Below, in pieces: positions 50,479 to 62,307 of a stretch of 64,000 nucleotides of DNA (the stretch's first letter is position 1; every line of letters starts with the position of its first letter). Location: NCBI GenBank assembly GCA_963744145.1, contig CAVUSO010000001.1:160001-224000 (forward strand). The letters run 5' to 3'. Source of the stretch: an uncultured cyanobacterium (GTDB taxonomy: Bacteria; Cyanobacteriota; Cyanobacteriia; Cyanobacteriales; CAWUOF01). The position numbers and the translations under genes are program-made. Below the pieces are notes generated by a model, which searched no databases, was not told the DNA's origin, and saw only the letters and a program-made list of their open reading frames with translations.

Positions 50479-50608
50479 CAATTTATGAATTTGGTATAAC
50501 TAAGCGAAGAACATGGCCATCAGGATCACGTACAAGCAAAGCTTTGTTAAAACCTAATAGCCTAATAGATCTCGATAAAATTTCAGACTTTGCTAGATGT
50601 TAACAACT
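50479..50608 (-). pseudogene. Collapsed duplicate of the 3' part of the VOC gene
   Basis: 50479-50562 matches 56356-56439 and 50561-50608 matches 56733-56780. Confidence 0.8.
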
Positions 50609-50682
50609 AATATTATACCCGAATGCTTCACCCTTCTTCACCGATATCTCCCAAAATATCCTTAACTGAACCGGATTGTTTT

Positions 50683-53600
50683 TTATTGCCCCTGTAGGTT
50701 CAGATTTGCCTTGAGTGGTATGCTAATAACAAACTCTGTACCTTGACCTAATGTTGAATTTACCTCTAGCGTCCCGGCGTGTTTTTCAACAACAATTTGA
50801 CGAGCGATCGCTAATCCCAAACCTGTTCCTTTTCCTACTTCCTTAGTCGTAAATAAATGATCAAAAATTTTCGATTTTACCTCCTCTGTCATCCCGATGC
50901 CATTATCGCAAATTCGGATAATTGCAAATTGGCGATCGCTTGATAATTCGGTTTTAATCCTAATTTGATTAGGATTAGTCTGTATCTCGGTAAAACTGCG
51001 TCCAATATTGGATTCATCCAGAGCATCAATCGCATTAGTTAACAGATTCATAAATACCTGATTAAGCTGTCCTGCATAGCACTCTACCTGTGGTAAATCC
51101 CCATATTCCTTGATTATTTGAATCGCTGGACGAGTATTTGAACCTTTAAGACGATGTTTAAGGATCATAATGGTAGTATTAATCCCATCGTGGATCTGAG
51201 CAGGAATGGGGCGATCGCTATCCGCACGGGAAAAAGTTCGCAGACTAATGCTGATGTCTTTAATCCGCTTCACCCCTTCGTTCATTGAATCAATTAACTT
51301 GGGTAAATCTTCCCGGATATAGTCAAGATCAATAGCTTCAATTTCCGCTTGAATCGCTGGATCTAGTTGGGGAGATTTTTGAACTAGATCGAGCAAACCA
51401 AACAAATCATTAATATAATCTAAAGCCGGATTAATGTTACCAGCAAGGAAAGCAACGGGGTTGTTAATTTCGTGGGCTACACTAGCTACTAAATTACCCA
51501 ATGCGGACATTTTTTCACTTTGGACTATCTTGATTTGGGCTTGTTTTAGATCAATTAATGCTTGTTGAGATACTTGATAAAGACGGGCATTTTCTAAGGA
51601 AATAGCAGCTTGAGAACAAATCAGATTCAGCACCTCAACACGATCCTTAGTAAACGCTCCAATCGTCAAATTATTTTCCAAATATAAAATTCCAATTAAC
51701 TTACCTTGATGAATAATTGGAGTACAAAGAATACTTTTTGGTTGATGTTGTTCCCAATAGCGATCGCTGGCAAACTGGGAATTTATCCTCGCATCAACCA
51801 GTACCAAAGGTTCTAAACGAGTCTTGACAGTATTTACTAAACTAATGGCCACCTCTTGACTTAATTCTAGAGGAATCGGTGGTAATAGTTGCGGTGCTTG
51901 TCCCTCTTCAATCCTAGCTACTACTTGTAACGAACTATCCTGTTTGAGCAATAATACACACTTATCTGCCCCAGCATTAGTAATAACTATTTTGAGGAGA
52001 GTAGTCAGGAGTTGATTTAGCTCAATCTCCCCAGAAATAGCTTGAGAGGATTTAAGAATAGCAGCTAAATCTAGAACTTCAGAGATGTTAGTAGCAGAAT
52101 AGCTAGAAGAAACTGTTCCCTGAAAGATAGTTTCCTGCCAGGAGATAGAGGAACGAGATTGGTTAATGATGGGAGTGAGGAGTTGGGGATAACGTTGTTC
52201 TAAATCTTGTACTTTAGCTGTAGCTCCCCATCGGGCATAACAGTAATAGGCATCAAGAGCATAAATTTGAGCAATTTTTTCCTTGTCCCAGTTGAGATAA
52301 AATTTTGCGGTCAATTCTGACGCGAGTGCTTCTTCATGAAGGAATTGATTTTCTTTAGCCAGGGAAATAGCGCGATCATAATGTTCAACTGCTGCGGCTT
52401 TATGGCCTAAAACCCGATTTTTTTCTGCTTCAACTAAATGCCATTTATGCAGATAATTCATGGGCGCACTTTTTGCCCACTGTTGCAAAGTAGTTTGGTG
52501 GGTTTCTACCTGGAGCATCAGGTTGGATTGCTCAATTTCTGACCGCGTAGGAAAGAGCGCTAAATGGGTCAGGGCTGCATAGAAATGGAAAATAGGAACT
52601 TGAATCAACCCCGATAATGACATCAAATACTGCTGGGCTTGGGTAATGTAGTCTAGCGCAGCCCTGTAGTTACCCCATAAGTAAGCCAGCAGCAATTTGT
52701 AAACATAGGCTTTGGTAATTGCAGTGAGTTCATTATTTTGACGATGTTTAGCTAGCATTACCTTTTCATTATATGCAGTACCAATTAAGCAATCCGAACA
52801 ACTCATCACTTTCCTCAAGTTATTCACCATCTGTTGCTGCATATCCAAATAAGCTTGAGCCGAATATTGTTTTGTCTGTGCCATCACAGCACTGTAGTCT
52901 GCTATTTCCGACTCCCAAGAATCCAGTTCCATCCCACCAAAAAAGTTAGATTCAAGGTAATTGAGTATGCTATAGCCAGATTGGAGAAAATCTCCGGTTT
53001 CCATTGCAGCCCGATAGCTATCTTTTAACGTCGGTATTGTTGCCCTGATCGCTTCTTGGCGATGCTGAATAAAGCTCCCAAAAAAACCTAGAATTGTAGA
53101 CTTGCGTTCCCTGATATTGAACCGCTCCAGCAAATTCATCGCCAATTTACCAAAGCTATAGCCTGTTTCCACTTCTCCCAAGAAAGCACACAATACCATA
53201 CCATGAATCGCATATCCCACCGTTGATGCAGGTCCATTTCCAAACTGAAGCGATAAACTCACCATCATTGCGCTCAGGATTGGTAGCAATTCAGGCATTC
53301 CTAGAAAAATGGGTGGAAATAAGATTGCTAATATTTGCATAGCTGCTTGGATTTTAGCATCAGTCATTACTGGTAGGTTAATCAGTTCTTCAATTTCTTT
53401 GCCATTTTGTTGATTGGTAAGGTTCTGTAGTGCTGTTCTAATCTGGGTGGAGTCGGCTGCGGTGGGTAGTTTAACTCCCAATTGTTCCAGGATATCTCTT
53501 GCGACTGCGATCGCTGCTAGCATTTGACTCTGGGCTGTCTTAGCTGCGATGGAAATTTCATAAATTTTAACTTTATCTAAAATTGTCTTAGCTTCTTGTA

Positions 53601-56092
53601 ACACTACTGCTGCCATCTTTTCCATGCTGTCAATATCAGCATTCAAATAGGCAGCTTCGGTAATAGCAACATAGAGATTCAAGGTCAATTCATACTGATT
53701 AATCCAGCAGTTAGCTGTCAGTAAATCAATCCCTATTTGCAAATAGACTTTTGCCGCATTGTAGGCAGTCGAATTTCTCGCTTTCTGTCCAGCTTTTAGG
53801 TTAAGTCGGGCTAAGGTTTCTCGCTCACTTAGCGGGATTAACTCAATGCCTTGATTGAAATGCCCGACAATATCAAACAGTTTTTCTTCTCGTTCTATTT
53901 CTGAGGAGTTTTGCTGAAGTAACTGTCCAATTTTGAGATGAGTTGATTGCTTTTGATCTTCCAGAATCAGAGAATAAGCCGCTTGTTGAACGCGGTCATG
54001 CAAAAATCTATACCTTGGATTTGCTGATCCTTGGAAAATTTCTTTGTTCTCTGTTTGAGTAAAGAATTTATAGATTTTGCTCGTGGGAATCACTAATCCT
54101 TCCTGCAAGGCTTTCCATAAATTTGTAGCCGTTATTTCCGCAGATTTCTCGCTCACAATTCCTAAAGTATTCAAATCAAATTCGGCTCCAATGCAAGCCG
54201 CTAGTTTGAGGATGTCTTGAGTTTCTGTCGGCAATTTCTGCAACTGCAAAGCCATAAACTCCATTACATCATCAGTAATTGCTAAAGCTTGAATTTGAGC
54301 AATATCACACTGCCAAGATCGGAGATTCCCATCAAAGCTAATTAGTTTGTCATCATATAATGCTTTGAGAAACTGTGTGACAAAAAACGGATTACCTTTG
54401 GTTTTTTGAGCGACCAATTTTGTCAAGGGTTGGGCAAGAGATAACTCACAATGCAGTGTATCTGCTACTAATCTATTGATATCTGTTTCGCTTAATGGTA
54501 GCAAGGTAATTGTATTTACGGTAGCCCCAGTTTTCCCAATTTCATTCACTGTCAAGATCAATGGATGCACAGGGGAAACTTCATTATCCCGATAGGCACC
54601 TAATATCAATAGGTGTTCTGTATCTTTTATTAATAATTGTAGTAAATTTAAGGAAGCTGAGTCTGCCCATTGCAAGTCATCTAAAAACATCACTAATGGA
54701 TGCTCTTTACTGGTGAAAACTTGCACAAATTTTTGAATGAGCAAATGGAAGCGATTTTGAGCAGCAGTACCTGATAATTCTGTTGCTGGGGGCTGTTTAC
54801 CGATGATGTTTTCTAACTCAGGAATCACGTCAATTAGGACTTGTCCGTTGTCTCCTACTGCTGCTAAAACTTTAGTTTTCCATGTTTGTAGTTGAAGATT
54901 CTGATTCTGCTTGTAATTGCCCGATTAAGTCTCGGAATGCTTGCAGAAAGGCACTGAAGGGGATATTCCGCTGAAATTGATCATATTTACCTTTAATAAA
55001 ATAACCGCGCTGTCGTACAATTGGTTTATGTACTTCGTTGATCACTGCGGTTTTTCCAATCCCAGAAAACCCTGCTACTAGCATCATCTCTGTTACACCT
55101 GTACTGACTCTCTCAAAGACTTGGAGGAGGGTTTCTACTTCAGTTTCTCTTCCATAAAGTTTGTCGGGGATGATAAAGCGATCGCTCACATCTCTTTGAG
55201 CGATGGGGAAACTCTTAATTTCTCCATTTTCCTGAAGTTGAGTTAAACAATTTTCTAAATCAAATTTCACTCCTAGGGCACTTTGATAGCGATCTTCAGC
55301 ATTTTTTGCCATCAATTTACGGACAATCTCACTTATTACTAAAGGAATTTGAGGTTTTATTTTATGGATTTGGGGTGGTTGTTTGGCAAGATGACAATGT
55401 ACTAACTCCATTGGTTCATTTGATTGAAATGGTAATTCCCCCGTCAGTAACTCATAGAATGTTACACCGAGGGAATATAAGTCAGTTCGATAGTCAATCC
55501 CCCGATTCATTCGACCAGTTTGTTCTGGAGAAATATAAGCAAGTGTTCCTTCTAATATATTGGGACTAATTAGGGTTTGTGTTTCTCGTGGTAATAGGGA
55601 AGCGATGCTAAAATCAATTAATTTAACTTGCTTGGTTTGGGGATTGATTAAAATATTTGTGGGCTTAATGTCTTTATGAATAATCCGCTCACGATAGAGG
55701 ATATCTAAGGCGTCACAGATCGCGATCGCAATTTCTAAAAATTCCCTCAATGATAGTAAGTATCTCCCTTTCTTTGTCCATTCCTGAAGAGAAATCCCAC
55801 CGAAGTCTTCCATGACTAACCCATAGCCATTTTGATAGGGTTCCAGGCTATAGGTTTGGATGATTAGAGGAGATTTGAGATTTTTAGCAATGGTGTATTG
55901 ATTGCGGAATTGTACCAATTCACTAAAATTAGGGTATTTATTTCGTAATAATTTAATTATTACAGTTTTTCGATTTTCCCACGGATAGCCTGCACCAATG
56001 CTTTCTCTCACACCACGATATACTATTGTGCGAGTACCTGCATAGATTTGTTCTGTGATCTGATATCCTGACCAACTGGCGATCGCATCCAT
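50683..56092 (-). pseudogene. Ser/Thr kinase-AAA ATPase-GAF-histidine kinase (HstK-like), split by a +1 frameshift near 54900
   Basis: HKDIKP/DFS kinase motifs, GFSGIGKT P-loop, FLDDLQWAD, GAF, AHEINNP, GTGLGL; removing one A restores ESDLQLQTWKTKVLAAVGDNGQV. Confidence 0.85.
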
Positions 56093-56359
56093 AACCTTAT
56101 TTTATTTTTTTTAAAACCATAGTTAAATCAGCATAGCGACAATTCCTGGAATCAGCAGTGATGTAGATCAGAAATCCCTAAAAACCCTGCTACTAGAATC
56201 ATCTCTGTTACACCTTTTGTTACATCGAGGGAATATAGAACCCATTTGACATCTTATGAAGTTTTAAATTAAGGTACTTACTCCTGACGATCAATATCCA
56301 ATCCTTATGATCGATTCCAGCGACCTCACCGATCAGTGAGTGGGAAATTTTTGAACAAT

Positions 56360-57439
56360 TTATGAATTTGGGATAACTAAGCGGAGGGCATGGCCATCAG
56401 GATCACGTATAAGCAAAGCCTTGTTAAAACCTAATTGCCCATCAGGTAGATTTACTATACCAGGGGAAATAAAAAAAGCCTTCCTTTCACGCAAACGTTG
56501 TTCTAGGATATCCAAGTCCTTCGTTACTATTGTTGTCTGCCAATAAACAATATCATTAGTATGTATATCGCGAGGAGCAGGTCTACCACCAGGAGGAGAC
56601 AGATACTCTAGAAACTCAATACCCGGTCCTTGTTGGGATCTTAAGCCTGTAATATGTAATCTGGCTCCAAACACATTATTAAGGTGTTCTTGCTCATTCC
56701 CGAAGTTTTCGCTTTCTCCTGCTACTTTTAATCCTAATAGATCTCGATAAAATTTCAGACTTTGCTCGGTGTTAGCAACTGCGATCGCTGTGTGGTCAAT
56801 TCCTAAAAATAGTTCGTTGCTGGGATTTTGCCATCGGGGATTACCCTTACCCGGAGGGAAGTAAATAACCTCTAAATTGTGACCATCTGGATCACGAAAA
56901 TAGAAAGCTTTGATCCCAGCAGCAGCAGGAATACTCGGTGGCAGAGTTTGTGGTCCACTAGAAACATACTGCACCTGATTCTGACGGAGAATTGCATAGG
57001 CTTTGTCCATATCGTTCACCACGATCGCAATATGCTGAAACCAGAGGTCATTGCTGTGGGAATCGATCGGAATAGGTCGCCCTTTGGGCGTTAAATATGC
57101 AGTTAGTTCAAGAATCTCTTGTCCCAGTTTCATCTGGACAACTCGCTCGCGCAAACCAACTACACCTTGCAACTGTTCATAAGGTTTACCTGATATTTCC
57201 ACATCAGAAATCTTTTGAAAATGCAATACTTTGCTATAGAAGTCGATCGCACGATTCATATCAGAAACTGTCATTCCCACATTGGCAATGGATTGGACAA
57301 ATGAATCTGTGGGAGTTGCGATCGCTGGTGTTTGCGCTTGTACGATACTTATAAAACCCAGATGAAGATCACGGGCCAGAAAAGTCGATAGGCAAACAAC
57401 AACAATAAAAGAAAACCAGTTTCGGATACGCATATTCAT
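56360..57439 (-). CDS. Exported VOC/glyoxalase family protein (two domains)
   Basis: Signal-like N-terminus; FQHIAIVV, FRDPDGHNLE, IDHTAIAV and IRDPDGH motifs; start overlaps the aquaporin stop (ATGA). Confidence 0.85.
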   Translation of the reverse strand: MNMRIRNWFSFIVVVCLSTFLARDLHLGFISIVQAQTPAIATPTDSFVQSIANVGMTVSDMNRAIDFYSKVLHFQKISDVEISGKPYEQLQGVVGLRERVVQMKLGQEILELTAYLTPKGRPIPIDSHSNDLWFQHIAIVVNDMDKAYAILRQNQVQYVSSGPQTLPPSIPAAAGIKAFYFRDPDGHNLEVIYFPPGKGNPRWQNPSNELFLGIDHTAIAVANTEQSLKFYRDLLGLKVAGESENFGNEQEHLNNVFGARLHITGLRSQQGPGIEFLEYLSPPGGRPAPRDIHTNDIVYWQTTIVTKDLDILEQRLRERKAFFISPGIVNLPDGQLGFNKALLIRDPDGHALRLVIPNS

Positions 57440-58239
57440 TCCTGATGGGGACAACAAGCATCACAAGGGTTTTGACACAGACAAGGCATTTCTCCATTAG
57501 GACAAAGCTTGCCACAGAGTTTCCTGGTCTGATTTTTTGATAAGAAAATATATAGTTCGGCGGCGATTAACATTGCCAAAGGAGGAGTAAAATAGTAAAT
57601 CCAAAAGAACTGCCAGGAGTGGGCAAAGACAGCCGAGGCAAAAGAACGGGCTGGATTGATACTCATGCCAGAAATAGGCGATGCTACTATAATAAAAATT
57701 GCTACTAGACAACCTGCAAATACTCCCGTCAAATGCGCCCATCGCGGTTTATTACTGACTGTCAGCACCATTGACATCATCACCATTGACATGATTGCTT
57801 CGGCAGCGATCGCGCCAACCCAACCCGCATAACCTGGTTCGGTCACAATATAATTCAACCCATTGGGAGGCTTTGCTGTAAAAGGATTACCTACGATCAC
57901 CGCCACTAAAGCAACGCCCAAACTACCCCCAATAAATTGCGAGATTACATAACCTAACGCATCAATGCGTGTTAATTTTCCCAATCGAAAAAAGGTAAGT
58001 GTTACCGCAGGATTGAGATGTGCGCCGGAACGCTTACCCCAAGGAGAATAGATAATCCCAATTGCTGTCAACCCCATCGCCATTCCCATCAGGATATCTC
58101 GCACCAGTGGCACAGGAATCCAGATGGGAACTGGAGAAATAGAAGCATAGAGCAGAGTAGCAAATATGCCAGCAGAAACCATAAAGGTTCCCAGTCCCCA
58201 TGCTTCGATCGCGTATTCGGGCCAATGCTCTTTCCACAT
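57436..58239 (-). CDS. MIP/aquaporin family channel with Cys-rich C-terminal tail
   Basis: SGAHLNPAVT and SINPARS NPA boxes; 6 TM segments. Confidence 0.9.
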   Translation of the reverse strand: MWKEHWPEYAIEAWGLGTFMVSAGIFATLLYASISPVPIWIPVPLVRDILMGMAMGLTAIGIIYSPWGKRSGAHLNPAVTLTFFRLGKLTRIDALGYVISQFIGGSLGVALVAVIVGNPFTAKPPNGLNYIVTEPGYAGWVGAIAAEAIMSMVMMSMVLTVSNKPRWAHLTGVFAGCLVAIFIIVASPISGMSINPARSFASAVFAHSWQFFWIYYFTPPLAMLIAAELYIFLSKNQTRKLCGKLCPNGEMPCLCQNPCDACCPHQE

Positions 58240-58267
58240 AAAATCTACTTTGGTTTAATAGACTTTT

Positions 58268-59821
58268 TTAATTAGATAATAGGCGATCGCCTACTCGCAA
58301 AGCATTAGCAATGATCGTCAAGGTCGGATTAACTGCTGAACTAGATGGGAAAAAGCTACTATCTACCACATAGAGATTATCGATGTCATGGGTACGACAA
58401 TCCCGATCCAGAACTGAAGTATTAGGATCGTCACCAAAACGACAGGTTCCACATTGATGTCCTACCGCTTGTAAGGGAATGAAGTTGCGCGGATAAATAC
58501 TGAAAGGAATCGTATGTTCAGCCCGATCAACCTGTTTTAAAACTTCAATCCATCGTTTTACTAAGCGATCGGCAGCTACAAGATTATTAGGTTGATATGC
58601 CAAAATTAGCTTTTCTCCATCTACCAATACCCGATTATCAGGATCAGGTAAATCTTCAGTTTGCAGCCACCAACCAACAGTGCGATCGGCAAAAACTTTC
58701 AATTCTGCTTCTGGACGTAGTTTCAGCAGAGGTGCTAAAAGTTTAGGTGCTTCTGCTGGGAGCATATCCGCTAGCACATTACCTGTGTTTTGGATCAGAC
58801 CCATCGGATAGGGAAATTCCGGTTCCCCCCAATAAAAATCACTGATCGCGATCGTTTTCTGGTAAACATCTTGATTGGGAGTTGTATTGAGCTGTACCAA
58901 AGCTGTGTTGATGTGTTTCATCAAATTTCGCCCTACCTGATCAGAGCGATTAGCTAGACCATTGGGATGGCGATCGTTGGCAGAACGAAGGAGTAGCGCC
59001 GCAGAGTTAATAGCACCGCAGGCAACTATTACAATATCTGCTGTAAATGTTTGATGTTCACCTTGGATCTCAACTTCCACGCGATCGACCTGAGTTCCAG
59101 TAGCATTAGTCAGAAGTCTTGTTACCTTAGCCTGGGTTAGTAAGGTAATATTAGTTTGATGGCGAATCGGTTGAATACAATTAACCTCACCATCAGCTTT
59201 TCCCTGGGTTAGACAAGGGAAACCATCGCAGGTGTTGCAGCGAATACAATTTCCTAGAGTTTTATCAACCTCATTCAATTTCAGACCCAGTGGCAAATGG
59301 AATGGACGAAGTCCGATCTGGGTCAGACCATTCGCCAAATTCTGCATCCGGGGTTCATAGCTAATCGCAGGAAAGGGATAGGGGGCACTGCGTGGTGGTT
59401 CTGTTGGATCAGTACCAGCTTCTCCATGAACATCAAATAGTGCTTCTGCTTGTTGATAGTAGGGTTCAAAATCTGTGTAGTTTAATACCCACCCAGGGGA
59501 GATTCCATCCTGGTGGGTTACTTCTGCAAAATCCCGATCCCTCAACCTCAGTAATGCAGCGCCGTAGACTTTGGTATTTCCACCAACACAGTAGCTGGTA
59601 GCAGGGCGAAAAGATCGGTTTTGAGCATCAAACCAATTTTCATCTGTATGGTATCGTTCTTTCTGATAAACCTCTAAAGCACTCCAGTTTTCCTTTTCGC
59701 GAGGTAAAAAATCTCCACGCTCCAGGATCAATATGCGTTTACCACTAGGAGCTAATCGATGAGCGATCGTACTTCCCCCTGCCCCTGTACCAATAATGAT
59801 GATATCATAATCTACGGCCAT
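58268..59821 (-). CDS. GMC family oxidoreductase
   Basis: IIGTGAGG FAD motif, VGGNTK, CIRCNTCDGFPC, HQCGTCRFG and NPTLTIIANA. Confidence 0.9.
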   Translation of the reverse strand: MAVDYDIIIIGTGAGGSTIAHRLAPSGKRILILERGDFLPREKENWSALEVYQKERYHTDENWFDAQNRSFRPATSYCVGGNTKVYGAALLRLRDRDFAEVTHQDGISPGWVLNYTDFEPYYQQAEALFDVHGEAGTDPTEPPRSAPYPFPAISYEPRMQNLANGLTQIGLRPFHLPLGLKLNEVDKTLGNCIRCNTCDGFPCLTQGKADGEVNCIQPIRHQTNITLLTQAKVTRLLTNATGTQVDRVEVEIQGEHQTFTADIVIVACGAINSAALLLRSANDRHPNGLANRSDQVGRNLMKHINTALVQLNTTPNQDVYQKTIAISDFYWGEPEFPYPMGLIQNTGNVLADMLPAEAPKLLAPLLKLRPEAELKVFADRTVGWWLQTEDLPDPDNRVLVDGEKLILAYQPNNLVAADRLVKRWIEVLKQVDRAEHTIPFSIYPRNFIPLQAVGHQCGTCRFGDDPNTSVLDRDCRTHDIDNLYVVDSSFFPSSSAVNPTLTIIANALRVGDRLLSN

Positions 59822-59882
59822 AGATTTTTCTGTTCCAATGGTAGGTTGGCTGTAACAGTCAGGTTGAATTTTTTTAAATAAG

Positions 59883-60689
59883 CTATTGCTCTTGATAATT
59901 CCAGAGCAATCCACCATCTACGAAGAAGGTAGTACCAGTTACATAAGCTGCGTCATCAGAAGCGAGAAATGCAACTAACCCAGATACATCTTCGGGTTTA
60001 CCTAATCGACCCAAGGGAATGTTTTGCAGGAGGGAGTTGAGCTTAACAGGATCATTTAATAACTTCGTATTGATCGGGGTTTCGATCGCACCAGGAGCAA
60101 CATTATTGATCGTAATTCCGTATGGTCCAAGTTCCACCGCTAAGTTGCGAGTCATCATTTTCATTGCACCTTTACTCGCACAATAAGCAGTGAAGTGGGG
60201 AAAAGGTAATTCTTCATGGACCGAGCTAATATTAATAATTCTACCTGTTCTTTTAGTCGCTAAGAGATGCTGTACAAACGATTGACAGGCAAAGAATACC
60301 CCTTTAAAATTCACATTCATTACCGCTTCAAAATCTTTTTCGGTAACTTCCCAGAAATCAGCGTGTTTCTCAATTCCTGCATTATTTACCAGGATATCTA
60401 ACTGACCAAAATGTTCAATACTTTCTTTAATTAACCTTTGGACATCTTCGACCATACCCAAATCAGCACCAATGCTATATCCGCGCTCATTATCACAGTA
60501 TCCATCAGCCTTGAAACATTCTCCTCCTTGTGTCTTAATTTTTTCTAGGGTTTCTTCCGCTCCTTGAGGATTAGAACGATAGTTAACAACAACTTTTGCC
60601 CCTTCTGCTGCTAAACGAACAGCTATACCTTGACCAATACCTCCACTACTACCTGTAACCAGAGCTACTTTACCTTCTAATCGGCGCAT
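59883..60689 (-). CDS. SDR oxidoreductase, glucose 1-dehydrogenase-like
   Basis: TGSSGGIG, VVVNY, NNAG, NISSVHE and YCASK motifs. Confidence 0.88.
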   Translation of the reverse strand: MRRLEGKVALVTGSSGGIGQGIAVRLAAEGAKVVVNYRSNPQGAEETLEKIKTQGGECFKADGYCDNERGYSIGADLGMVEDVQRLIKESIEHFGQLDILVNNAGIEKHADFWEVTEKDFEAVMNVNFKGVFFACQSFVQHLLATKRTGRIINISSVHEELPFPHFTAYCASKGAMKMMTRNLAVELGPYGITINNVAPGAIETPINTKLLNDPVKLNSLLQNIPLGRLGKPEDVSGLVAFLASDDAAYVTGTTFFVDGGLLWNYQEQ

Positions 60690-61021
60690 ATATAATTCTC
60701 CTGCAAGAATGTGTTGGGACAAGTGGTTGTAGAGCGAAATTATTTAGGTCAGAACCCCAAATTGACATAACTAGCATACTACATTAGGAAAAATATTTGG
60801 AAATTTCTAGCAAGTTCCTAGAAAAGAGGTGGCGATCGCCCATTAATTCCCCAATTAAAAATTCCCCATATCTCCAAAAAAAAGCCCCACCATTATAGTG
60901 AGGTAAAAGTTTAAAAATTTTGTAGTAATAGTCTAGAAAGTAATGACTTGCAGTAGGAGGATAGTTACTGGCTCGACCATGACTACTTCTGTTGGTTACT
61001 GAACTTTAACTGACAAATTTC

Positions 61022-61555
61022 TTAGCGGATTACTAGGGTATCGTTAGCTAGGAAATGGGATAAATGATAAGCTCTTTCTTCTGTTTCTAACAAAATTTTC
61101 TCGTATAAATAACGAGTAGCGCGATCGCCCAAACTTTCCGCTTGACTTGCTTGTTTTCTTAGGACTGTAATGATGTTTTGTTCCGCATTCAGATCATTTT
61201 CAACCATTTGACGACAGCTATAAACTCCATCTTCTTCTGGTTCAAAAGAACACAATTGAGCTAATTTACTAAAACTAGCTGCTGGAATACCACCTAATCC
61301 ATTCAACCGTTCCGCTAAATCATGCACATGACCTTGTGCTGCTTTATAGCTATCCTCAAAAAATTGATGCAATGAATAAAATTCCGCACCTTCAACCACA
61401 AAATGATGCTTTTGGTATTGCAAATATAGCCCTTGAAAAGTAGCTAAAGTTACATTTAGTCCGTCACAGATGGGAACTGTAACACTACGATCTAATAAGA
61501 TTGGATTATCGACTAGATCGCCAAAGGAACGCACTAAGGTAGTGTTTGATGACAT
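61022..61555 (-). CDS. dps: Dps family ferritin-like protein
   Basis: [32 protein letters not shown] ferroxidase motif. Confidence 0.9.
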   Translation of the reverse strand: MSSNTTLVRSFGDLVDNPILLDRSVTVPICDGLNVTLATFQGLYLQYQKHHFVVEGAEFYSLHQFFEDSYKAAQGHVHDLAERLNGLGGIPAASFSKLAQLCSFEPEEDGVYSCRQMVENDLNAEQNIITVLRKQASQAESLGDRATRYLYEKILLETEERAYHLSHFLANDTLVIR

Positions 61556-61722
61556 AACTTTCCTGTGTAGATAAAATAGCTTGTCGGTGATGCTAACACA
61601 CTTTATTAAATTTGACATAATCAAAACTTAGTCTTTTTTCCTCAATTTTGACTGATTTTTTCCATCAACCTCTTATTGGTAGGGACGTTACACTAATTTA
61701 ATGTGAAGTTGCAGAGATATCA

Positions 61723-61796
61723 GATCCCCCTCGCATCCCCCTGAACCAGGGGGACTTTAAATTCATGCTCCCCCTTTTTAAGGGGGCTGGGGGATC
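61723..61796. repeat. C/G-run palindromic intergenic repeat
   Basis: GATCCCCC...CCCCCTGAACCAGGGGG...CCCCCTTTTTAAGGGGGCTGGGGGATC. Confidence 0.6.
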
Positions 61797-61878
61797 AATT
61801 CTCTGCAAAAAAGGGTGTCTTTAGCAGCGATTGGGCCTTTGATCAACATATGAAGTTTTGTTAACTCTTTTTCCAGGT

Positions 61879-61897
61879 ATTGACAGCTATTCTCAAT
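61879..61897 (+). promoter_or_regulatory. Fur-box-like inverted repeat overlapping a TTGACA -35
   Basis: ATTGACAGCTATTCTCAAT, between the divergent dps and Asr1405-like genes. Confidence 0.5.
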
Positions 61898-62005
61898 TAG
61901 TTTAGAGTAAAAACCAGGTGAAAACCTTGGAACAACTTACCAGTAGGTAAATTTATCCATCCAGCAAAGTTTATTTAATGCTAAATCTTAGCAGGTAGGT
62001 TAAAA

Positions 62006-62269
62006 ATGAATCCTTTACACTTAGACCAACAGACTAGCGACATTGTGGACGTAAACCGGTTGGATCGTTGGCACATTTATCAACGATTACAGGAATTGGA
62101 TATTGCTTGTTCCTGTAATACTCAAGAACCATTAAGAGTGGCAATTAATGGTGCAACTACTGCAATTCAACTCTGGAGTATTTTGCAACAAACTAGAGGT
62201 TCACGTCAAGATTTGGTGACATGGTTAGAGCGTTGTTGGGAACTAGATGATCATTTAGATCATAATTAA
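62006..62269 (+). CDS. Asr1405/Asl0597 family protein
   Basis: DRWHIYQRLQELDIACSC...AIQLWS....SRQDLVTWLERCW. Confidence 0.75.
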   Translation: MNPLHLDQQTSDIVDVNRLDRWHIYQRLQELDIACSCNTQEPLRVAINGATTAIQLWSILQQTRGSRQDLVTWLERCWELDDHLDHN

Positions 62270-62307
62270 AAATATCAATAATTTGGCCAAGGATATGAGA
62301 TAACTGT

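Noticed and set aside
52834-59601. Short antisense or overlapping ORFs (52834, 55306, 56879, 57097, 57497, 58018, 58034, 59392)
   Set aside because: Shadows of longer, well-supported genes
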